Assembly (NCBI GenBank): GCA_963733195.1
Contig: CAVTCR010000009.1
Coordinates: forward strand, 64,001 to 128,000
Origin: an uncultured delta proteobacterium
GTDB taxonomy: Bacteria; Desulfobacterota; Binatia; Bin18
Reading direction: 5' to 3'
DNA length: 64,000 nucleotides
Part shown: positions 10,383 to 17,968 of the stretch, one piece after another
How the letters are laid out: every line of letters starts with the position of its first letter
How positions within the stretch are numbered: position 1 is the stretch's first letter
Made by a program: the position numbers and the translations under genes
Notes under the pieces: model-generated
Databases searched by the model: none
Told to the model about the DNA's origin: nothing
The model's input: only the letters and a program-made list of their open reading frames with translations

Positions 10383-12167
10383 ATGTTTGTAGAGACAGCC
10401 ACGGCTTTACGCCGTGTCGTTTTTCCCCTCATTGCGAGTCTTCTCTTTTCCGGCTGCGCGGCTCTTCGCCCTGCCCCTCCTCCCGCCCCTCCTGCACCTG
10501 TAGTCCCTCCTGTGTTCAAGATTCCGGGTGAACCCGTCGCCCTAACCCCAACCGACCGAGCCCTTGGGTATTTTCTCAAAGGAAAAGTCGCACTTGATAA
10601 AGGTGACCAAGAGACCGCACTTCCAGCGTTTGAACAAGCGGTGACGAATGACCCTACCAGCACCTTTCTCCGCTTACAGCTTGCGAAGCTCTACGTTCGC
10701 AAAGGAAAACTGGAAGAAGCCTTGGAGCATTGCCGGAAGGTCAGAGAGCAAGACCCCAGCAATGCAGAAGCCGAACTGTTGATGGCTGGATTACTTTCCT
10801 CAATGAATCAGGAGGAAGAAGCAGCCAAACTGTACGAAACTGTGTTGATTCGCTCGCCAAGAAATCAAGAGCCGTATCTCTACCTTGGAACTCTCTATGC
10901 TAAACAAGGGAAGTTTGAGCAGGCGATCGCAGTCCTCAATAAATTGATGGACGTGCATCCGCGGTCAATTCTAGGGTTGTATTACCTTGGCCAAGTGCAT
11001 GCCGCGGCAAATCAGCTTGATAAGGCGGAGTCATATTACCAAAGAGCACTCAAGATGAATCCGCAGTCGGAGCTGGTCATGTTGGATCTGGCACTGGTGT
11101 ACGAGCTGCAAAAAAAGCCAGAAAAGGCAATGGATATCTACCAGAAGGCGTTGGTATTAAATCCGCAGAGTGCGCAAGTCCGCAAGCGCTTAGGTGGATT
11201 TTATGTGGGGCAGAAGAAGCTGGACGATGCACTGCTCCAGTACCGCGAACTAGAGAAAATTGAAGCTGACCCACAGGAAACCAGGATACGAATCAGCCTC
11301 ATTTACCGCGAGAAAGGCGACTATCAAAAGGCGGAGACAGAACTCAGCCTCGCACTAGCGGCTCAGCCAGAAAACGATCGCGCACGCTACTTCCTCGGCG
11401 TCGTCTATACTGAAGGCAAGGAGTACGACAAAGCAATTACGGAACTTTCTCGCATTGCAACAAGCTCGGAATATTATCCCGATGCGCGACTCTACCTCAG
11501 TTATGTCTATCAACGTCAGGGAAAGCTCGATGAGGCGATTGCCGAGGCAGATCGGGCATTAGCGGTGAAAAAGGAAGACGTAGATCTGTTAGGTTTTCTG
11601 GCTTCGTTACACCGAGAAAAAGGAGATCGAGAGAAAGCGATTGATATTCTGAAAAAGATGATCTCCCTGAATCCAGAGAATGATCAATTCTACTTTACTC
11701 TTGGTGCTGTTTACGATGAGGCCAAAGATAAGCAGAATTGCATCACGCACATGGAGAAAGCAATCGAGCTGAATCCAAAGAATGCCGCTGCCTTGAACTA
11801 TCTTGGCTATACGTGGGCCGAACAGGGAATTCGTCTTGACGAGGCCGAGAAACTCATTCGCCAGGCTCTGCAGGTTGAGCCGAACGATGGGTTTTACATC
11901 GACAGCTTAGGCTGGGTTTTTTATCAGCGCGGCGAGTACGCCAAAGCGGTGCAACAGTTAGAGCGGGCAGCGGAACTGGTCGGGCAAGATCCGACAGTAA
12001 ATGAACATTTAGGCGATGCATACGACAAAGTTGGACGCACGATGGATGCTGCACGTGCCTACCGTGAGGCACTCGCGCAGGCAAAGGAAGAAAGCCAGAT
12101 TCAACGTTTGCGCACAAAAATCGACACCCTCACAAGCGATAAAAAAGCGACCAGTGATGGGATCTAA
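10383..12167 (+). CDS. TPR-repeat lipoprotein
   Basis: Lipobox FSGC; many TPR repeats; C-terminal ALNYLGY..A / DSLGWVFY / EHLGDAY signature of the family usually found upstream of lolB. Confidence 0.9.
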   Translation: MFVETATALRRVVFPLIASLLFSGCAALRPAPPPAPPAPVVPPVFKIPGEPVALTPTDRALGYFLKGKVALDKGDQETALPAFEQAVTNDPTSTFLRLQLAKLYVRKGKLEEALEHCRKVREQDPSNAEAELLMAGLLSSMNQEEEAAKLYETVLIRSPRNQEPYLYLGTLYAKQGKFEQAIAVLNKLMDVHPRSILGLYYLGQVHAAANQLDKAESYYQRALKMNPQSELVMLDLALVYELQKKPEKAMDIYQKALVLNPQSAQVRKRLGGFYVGQKKLDDALLQYRELEKIEADPQETRIRISLIYREKGDYQKAETELSLALAAQPENDRARYFLGVVYTEGKEYDKAITELSRIATSSEYYPDARLYLSYVYQRQGKLDEAIAEADRALAVKKEDVDLLGFLASLHREKGDREKAIDILKKMISLNPENDQFYFTLGAVYDEAKDKQNCITHMEKAIELNPKNAAALNYLGYTWAEQGIRLDEAEKLIRQALQVEPNDGFYIDSLGWVFYQRGEYAKAVQQLERAAELVGQDPTVNEHLGDAYDKVGRTMDAARAYREALAQAKEESQIQRLRTKIDTLTSDKKATSDGI

Positions 12168-12189
12168 AAGAACAGTCAGTTGACAGAGA

Positions 12190-13314
12190 TTGAGCTTCTC
12201 AAATTTTCGTTTAGTAAAATGTTTCTTCCCTCAGCGACTGTCTCCAGAATTGGAGAAGCGAGTCACTGCGAGCCCTTTGGCCGGGCTTAGGACAAGTTCC
12301 ACGAAGCAATCTTTGCCCGCAACAGAGATTGTTTCGTCGCCGGAGCCTGCCCTGCCTGCGCCAGTGCCGCAGGCACAGGTGAGCGTAGCGCAGCGAAGTC
12401 GAAGGGCTCCTCGCAATGACAATTCTTGCCCATCTTTAAGACTCACTCTCACACGAGATCTTATACACTCTCTTCATTGCGGACTTCAGGCTGTTACTGC
12501 CATCTGGGTCTGTCTTCTTGTTTTTACCTTGAGTAGCTGTACCCTACGCCAATCACTCCAGCCCACTGTCTCTAGCACTCCACGTGACATATCAAAGGAA
12601 TCCGAGGTGCCAGTAGCAGAGCAGCTGCTCGCCCCACTGCGGGCTCGTGAGCAGCAATTGACTAGCCTTCGTGGCTTAGCTCGTGTGACTTACAACGATA
12701 GTGAAGAAAAGGGAACTGCTCGACAAGCAGTGGCCGTAGTCGCTCCCGATCACTTCCGCGTAGAACTCTTCTCCCCCATTGGCATCGCTGCGCTGGTGAC
12801 GACTGATGGGCAGCGATTGGCAGCCTATTTCCCCAAAGAAAAGACCATCTATCGTGGGGCAGCGAACGCGGAGAACGCTGCGCGATTCCTGCGAATTATG
12901 CTTTCTGCTGGTGATATTGCTAGTCTACTGTTAGGCTTGCCATTCTCCATACCACACGAAGAGAACAGCACCGTCCGCTTTGAGGCTGATCACAACTGGT
13001 ATGTGCTTTCAGTACCGGAGGAAGGAGGGAGTAGCCAAACGCTGATATTCGATGCCCAGAAACGACACCTGCTCAAATGGGAAGCACTAAGCAGTGACGG
13101 AAGCGTACTCGCCCGTATGGCGCTGGCGGAATATCGTGCGGTACAAGGACAGGAATTCCCCTTTGAAATCATATTGACCGATCTCCAGGGAGGGCAAGAA
13201 GCTGGGATCTACTATGAGCGAGTTGAGATCAACCCGACGTTAACGGATACGTTATTCACCCTCGCACCGATCTCCGGCGTTCAAGAGGTTGATCTTGATG
13301 CTTCTCCACCATAA
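12190..13314 (+). CDS. LolB-like / DUF4292-like lipoprotein; true start uncertain because a repeat occupies the 5' region
   Basis: Lipobox LSSC near 12540; PDHFRVELFSPIG LolA/LolB-fold motif; position downstream of the TPR lipoprotein. Confidence 0.75.
   Translation: MSFSNFRLVKCFFPQRLSPELEKRVTASPLAGLRTSSTKQSLPATEIVSSPEPALPAPVPQAQVSVAQRSRRAPRNDNSCPSLRLTLTRDLIHSLHCGLQAVTAIWVCLLVFTLSSCTLRQSLQPTVSSTPRDISKESEVPVAEQLLAPLRAREQQLTSLRGLARVTYNDSEEKGTARQAVAVVAPDHFRVELFSPIGIAALVTTDGQRLAAYFPKEKTIYRGAANAENAARFLRIMLSAGDIASLLLGLPFSIPHEENSTVRFEADHNWYVLSVPEEGGSSQTLIFDAQKRHLLKWEALSSDGSVLARMALAEYRAVQGQEFPFEIILTDLQGGQEAGIYYERVEINPTLTDTLFTLAPISGVQEVDLDASPP
12262..12420. repeat. Nested palindromic element (GTCATTGCGAG...CTCGCAATGAC type) carrying inner modules
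   Basis: Arms GTCACTGCGAG/CTCGCAATGAC and GAAGCAATCT/AGATTGTTTC; inner modules at 12273-12300 and 12342-12406; 12351-12384 is the exact reverse complement of 6332-6365. Confidence 0.88.
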
Positions 13315-13358
13315 GAGGCAGGATAGATGTAACTCTCAAAGAGTTATCCACCGATCGT

Positions 13359-13824
13359 TTACTGTTTCTCCACCGAGGAAGGCTCGCGTTTCCGTACAAG
13401 CGCAATTGCGCGTTGTGCGACAGAATACCGTTTGTCGACCCAGTGTTGAAACCGCTCGCCTTGGCGAGAGTCACTATCAACGACCCAGTCGGGATAGGTT
13501 TCGACAGTATTGACGTGATCGACCTGTCGCACCGGGAAGAGAATAATGGCTTCTGCCCCTTCTTCACAGGCTGTCGCTTTGATTAAGGACTCCATTTTCT
13601 CGGTCATTTCGGCGGAGCCAGCGTACGAGATAATTTGTGCGAATGGTTCATATGATTCTGTCGGTTTACTCGTTAAGACTGTAATCCGGCAATTTCGCGG
13701 TCGCGGTTCAGGATAAATGGTATTCGTACGTTCCGTCATTGCTATCAGGCGGATAGATTTTCCCTGCACAGCTAATTGTCAGAAGCACCCAGAACGATAA
13801 GAGGAAAGAAGAAAAATTCTTCAT
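13359..13824 (-). CDS. Hypothetical lipoprotein with one frameshift near 13715
   Basis: ATG at 13824 gives MKNFSSFLLSFWVLLTISC (lipobox), then the frame shifts into the ORF containing YPEPRP...ACEEGAEAII. Confidence 0.65.
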
Positions 13825-13940
13825 CGTTCAATCCTTACCCTCAGCAAAAATCCGGACCTGACCCGACGTTGAGAAGAACGTTACAATAATTCGTCCGCTC
13901 CTATGGTGCAACCATAAATTAGGCAGATTGTGTCTGTGCA

Positions 13941-13957
13941 GTGCCAAAAATTGACAC
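13941..13957. promoter_or_regulatory. Candidate enhancer-binding-protein (NtrC-family) upstream activation site
   Basis: Imperfect dyad GTGCCAAAAATTGACAC about 100 bp upstream of a sigma54 box, separated from it by an AT-rich tract. Confidence 0.45.
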
Positions 13958-14058
13958 ATCGTTGTCTATTTTTTTATGACTTTAAAGAAACATCGTCTTT
14001 GTCGCTAAAAATTCTCCTTATTTTATGGAGTTTTTTTGCGAAACAAAACGAGGTCTTT

Positions 14059-14074
14059 TGGTATGCGCTTTGCT
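14059..14074 (+). promoter_or_regulatory. Sigma54 (-24/-12) promoter
   Basis: TGGTATGCGCTTTGCT gives GG-N10-GC spacing, about 40 nt upstream of an AAAGGAG RBS and ATG. Confidence 0.7.
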
Positions 14075-14112
14075 GTGGTATAAATATAACAACGGTCGAG
14101 AAAGGAGTTTAT

Positions 14113-14328
14113 ATGATCGATCGGAGCAGAGCTGGGAGGCGGTGCCGGACAAATCAACTCGTTCGGACGGTGGAGGGGGATTTAACAAGAGCCGCAACGG
14201 GGACGGTTCGGTACGAAATGGAGAATCTGGGGCGGAGTCTCGTCATGGTGGATTGGGATAAGGGATTTACTGTCCCAGTTTTCCCACATGAAATCGAGAT
14301 GCTTGTCGAGAAGGAAGCCCACCCGTAA
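14113..14328 (+). CDS. Small hypothetical protein (71 aa, predicted beta-rich, possibly SH3-like)
   Basis: Strong RBS AAAGGAG; hairpin GCCCAC..GTGGGC (14317-14336) over the stop codon. Confidence 0.75.
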   Translation: MIDRSRAGRRCRTNQLVRTVEGDLTRAATGTVRYEMENLGRSLVMVDWDKGFTVPVFPHEIEMLVEKEAHP

Positions 14329-14357
14329 CGGTGGGCGGTACAATAGGCGAGCTGTCT

Positions 14358-14624
14358 TTATCTCACGCTGAAGATCAGCACCCCGACTCCTTGTAGGAGA
14401 CGTCCAACGCCGCTAGCGACGTGCGCTCCAGTGTTCCAGGCTGCAGTGTCCTGCCTGGCAAGGTGATTTTCAAGGCGCATCTTTTCCTGCGGGCTGAGCT
14501 GCTCATAAGGGCGGCCATAATACGTTTGGGCCTGCTGTCGGGCGACACTTTGCGCATTCGAGGCTGTACAGCCTGTGGTGGCGAGTACACCGAGGATTAA
14601 TGCAGTAAGCAACTTTTTTTGCAT
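14358..14624 (-). CDS. Small hypothetical lipoprotein (88 aa)
   Basis: RBS AGAGG; MQKKLLTALILGVLATTGC lipoprotein signal; hydrophobic Gly-rich C-terminus. Confidence 0.75.
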   Translation of the reverse strand: MQKKLLTALILGVLATTGCTASNAQSVARQQAQTYYGRPYEQLSPQEKMRLENHLARQDTAAWNTGAHVASGVGRLLQGVGVLIFSVR

Positions 14625-14718
14625 ACCTGTTCCTCTTGTATAAAAACTCTCTAGTTTAACGTTGTATGCATGCAAAAGTTCCGTGCGTAGGGCTTTCCCT
14701 CTCCGCGAGAGGAGGGCA

Positions 14719-15885
14719 TTAATCCTTTAACAACGAGCGAGCAACGACCCATCGGTGGACTTCAGTTGGTCCTTCAAAAATCCGCATTGGCCGTAAGCGA
14801 CGATATATAAACTCTAACGGCAGATCCTTCGACATGCCCATGCCACCGTGCACCTGCATAGCACGGTCAGCAACACGGGTCGCCATTTCCGTGGCAAAGA
14901 TCTTCAGCATCGACGCTTCTTGGCGAACATCCTCTCCTTGGTCAAATTTCCACGAGCCATGATGCGTCATCAGGCGCGACGCGTAGATGTCGGTCGCCGA
15001 ATCGGCGATAAACCATTGCACGGCTTGCCGGTCGGCGAGACGTTGACCGAATGTCACTCTTTGTTTTGCATAATCGACCATCATATCGAGGCAACGTTGG
15101 GCCATACCGACGCACCAACTACCGATCTCCAAACGCCGAACGGTTAGACGTAATTGCATCGGTGCAAACCCCTGGCCAATTGGACCGAGGACCTGGGATT
15201 CTGGGAGCGTGAGATCCTCGAACACAATCTCCCACGGGGCGTGACCGCCAATCACAGGAATCTGACGCTGAAGAATCAACCCCGGCGTATCTTTATCGAC
15301 AAGAAACGCCGTAATGCCACCACGTGCACGCTTGTCTTTATCCGTGACCGCCATGACGATAATAAAATCTGCAATATGGGCACGAGAGATCCAAATTTTC
15401 CGACCGTTGATGATCCATTGATCTCCTTTTTTGACCGCGGTTGTTTGCATTCCTGCTGGATCTGAGCCTGCTCCTGGTTCGGAAATTGCGATCGCTGAGC
15501 GTTTCGTACCCTGAGCATAAGGTATGAGATATCGTTCACGTTGCTCGGGCGTGCAGGTTTGCATAAGCATGTGCAGATTTGGCGCATCAGGAGGAAAGGT
15601 AAACGGAGTGACGGATTTGTGAAGCTCTTCGTTCGCCAGGCATTTAGGCAGGGCACTGAGGTTGAGGCCGCCAAATTCTTCGGGAACATCAAGTCCCCAC
15701 AGTCCAGCCTCTTGGGCTTTGGCGAGGAGCTTTTCTTCGACATCATTGGGAATGAGGTCCTCTCCTGTGCGTCCTTCTGTGTCACGTTGGAGGACCAGTG
15801 ATTCAAGCGGTAATAACTCCTGGCGCACAAATCTGCGGACCGTGTCCTGCAACATCCGGTGTTCTTCAAGCAGTGAAAAATCCAT
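14719..15885 (-). CDS. Acyl-CoA dehydrogenase
   Basis: AISEPGAGSD, INGRKIWIS, RVTFGQRLAD, QVHGGMG and RIFEGPTEV motifs. Confidence 0.95.
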   Translation of the reverse strand: MDFSLLEEHRMLQDTVRRFVRQELLPLESLVLQRDTEGRTGEDLIPNDVEEKLLAKAQEAGLWGLDVPEEFGGLNLSALPKCLANEELHKSVTPFTFPPDAPNLHMLMQTCTPEQRERYLIPYAQGTKRSAIAISEPGAGSDPAGMQTTAVKKGDQWIINGRKIWISRAHIADFIIVMAVTDKDKRARGGITAFLVDKDTPGLILQRQIPVIGGHAPWEIVFEDLTLPESQVLGPIGQGFAPMQLRLTVRRLEIGSWCVGMAQRCLDMMVDYAKQRVTFGQRLADRQAVQWFIADSATDIYASRLMTHHGSWKFDQGEDVRQEASMLKIFATEMATRVADRAMQVHGGMGMSKDLPLEFIYRRLRPMRIFEGPTEVHRWVVARSLLKD

Positions 15886-16069
15886 AGTTAATTCCTTCCC
15901 TGGAGAAAGTCGCCCGCACTTTACCAAGGTCGGTGAGGGAAAAGAAAGACCGCAGCGTAAAAAGAAAACTCCTAAGGGTGCAAGAAAGAACCCTGGGAGT
16001 GGAATGCTAACATTTCGTCTGAGGATACGGGACGTTACCGTCGTGAGCAGTTATGCAATGAGTGAGGAT

Positions 16070-16513
16070 TTAGAGGTCAGACGTAAACGTACATAACGTA
16101 TCGTCTGCACGGTCACGTCGGACAACGGTTTCGACTTTCCATAGTCCGGGATTTGGAGCGTAGGTGCTTTTGGGAGCATACGATCCTGCAGCTTGAAGGT
16201 TTGGATGGGCGACTAATGTCACCGTATTATTGTCATCCTGGTCCAGAGGAGTAAACGCAAGAATAATCCGCGTAATATTTGGCAATGGTTGCCCAAGCTC
16301 ATCGGTAATATGTAACGAATATGTCGCAGTAGTCTGTGACTTCCGTTCAAAAGCAAATTTGACCTGTAAACCTTTGCATTCCTGTGAAAGGACTACCGGA
16401 GCATAGGATTTCCCGAAGATGTCATAAGAGCGTTGCCCAGTCGTCGGTGTGCAACTCCATAATAGAGAGCAAAGCATAGCAATTGTTGCCCAGTGTTTTA
16501 TCGAGGCTTTCAT
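16070..16513 (-). CDS. Lipoprotein with YtkA/FixH-like Ig fold, currently in frame with trmFO
   Basis: MKASIKHWATIAMLCSLLWSC lipobox; ITDELGQP and GSY...PGLWKVET motifs; its own sigma70-like promoter just upstream. Confidence 0.6.
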   Translation of the reverse strand: MKASIKHWATIAMLCSLLWSCTPTTGQRSYDIFGKSYAPVVLSQECKGLQVKFAFERKSQTTATYSLHITDELGQPLPNITRIILAFTPLDQDDNNTVTLVAHPNLQAAGSYAPKSTYAPNPGLWKVETVVRRDRADDTLCTFTSDL

Positions 16514-16526
16514 ACTGACGGGTTGA

Positions 16527-16555
16527 AGGATGGCCGTATGTGAATGAATCGTCAA
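16527..16555 (-). promoter_or_regulatory. Sigma70-like promoter for the 16513 lipoprotein
   Basis: TTGACG-N17-CATCCT on the minus strand, 13 nt upstream of the ATG. Confidence 0.5.
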
Positions 16556-17857
16556 GGGAAAATACTCTTCATGCGTAGTCTGCCAAATGTTGAGATCCCG
16601 TAAGGCGCGTTCAGCCAATGCAGTCTTCTTTTCTCGCCCCCGTAAACGGTTTTCTAGCGGAGGAAAAAGTCCGTAGTTTGCATTCATCGGTTGAAAATCA
16701 CGCCGTTCATCACTGGAGATGTATGCGATCATCGAACCGAGAGAGGTCGTCGGTGGCGCAGTGAGCAAGGGCAAACCTTGAGCGAGTCTCCCGGCATTAA
16801 GTCCCGCCAGTAACCCGGCTGCGGCAGATTCCAAGTATCCTTCAACGCCGATCATTTGACCAGCAAAGAATAGATTGTGACGATCCTTAAACTGCAACGT
16901 AGGCAACAGCAACCGGGGAGAGTCAATAAACGTATTACGGTGCAGGCTTCCCAAGCGGACAAACTCGGCTTTCTCTAAGCCGGGAACCATGCGAAAGACA
17001 CGACGTTGCTCAGGATAGGTCATCTTGGTTTGAAATCCCACAAGATTCCATAATGTTCCAGCACGATCATCTTGGCGTAATTGCACGACCGCGTATGGCC
17101 GTTCTCCTGTCCGTGGATTAAGGAGTCCGACGGGCTTCATCGGCCCAAAAGCGAGGGTATCTTTCCCGCGGCGTGCCATTTCTTCGATAGGGAGGCAACC
17201 TTCAAAATAAATGGCGCGCTCAAAATCTTTCTCCAGTACTTTTTCGGCAGCCAGCAGTTCCTCGACGAAACGATAATACTCCTCGCGTGAGAGCGGACAG
17301 TTGAAGTAGTCATCACCATGAGCGTAGCGAGACGCACGGAACGCAACTTCAGTGTTAATGGATTCTGTGGTCACCACTGGTGCAATCGCATCGTAGAAAT
17401 AGAGGTATTCACTGCCAAACAGGTTGCGAAGTTGGGATGAGAGGGCGGGAGAAGTGAGTGGTCCGCTGGCAACGATGGTTACTCCATTTGGTAGTTCTCG
17501 CACCTCTTCCCGACAGATCTCGATACTCGGGTGTTTGGTTAATGCCTCGGTGATGTATTGCGAGAAGATCGTCCGATCGACAGCAAGTGCACTCCCAGCC
17601 GGGACGCGCGCGGTATCGGCCGCAGCGATCACCAGCGAATCCAGGTGCCGCATTTCCTCTTTGAGCAGTCCAATCGCGGTATCGAGTGAGGCACTACGCA
17701 AAGAATTTGAGCACACCAACTCCGCAAAGCCATCAGTATGATGCGCTTCGGTTGGTTGCACCGGTCGCATTTCATACAAGCGTACAGGGATGCTACGCCG
17801 TGCAAGTTGCCACGCGGCTTCACTACCGGCCAAGCCGGCACCAATCACAGTAACCAT
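16552..17857 (-). CDS. trmFO: tRNA (uracil-5-)-methyltransferase TrmFO
   Basis: VIGAGLAGSEAA, ELVCSNS, YFYDAIAP, FEGCLPIE, GPMKPVGL, HRNTF and GVEGY motifs. A TGA at 16552-16554 is one base out of frame and would give about 434 aa. Confidence 0.95.
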
Positions 17858-17968
17858 AAGTCAGTAATAAGTAATGAGCTTCTAGTAATGAACACCGAGT
17901 GTCGAATAATGAGGTCGTAGCGACACTGATAACTCGTTACTCTTTACTCGTCACTTGTTACTGACTTA
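17857..17968. repeat. Heptamer-based long hairpin filling the topA-trmFO spacer
   Basis: TAAGTCAGTAATAAGTAATGAG ... CTCGTCACTTGTTACTGACTTA, with inner AGTGTCG/CGACACT. Confidence 0.75.

Noticed and set aside
12181-12183. In-frame TGA near the LolB-like gene start as selenocysteine
   Set aside because: No redox motif or Cys-equivalent context and no convincing SECIS hairpin.
13930-14112. N-terminal 61 codons of the 132-aa ORF
   Set aside because: This stretch is the AT-rich promoter region; the RBS points to the ATG at 14113.
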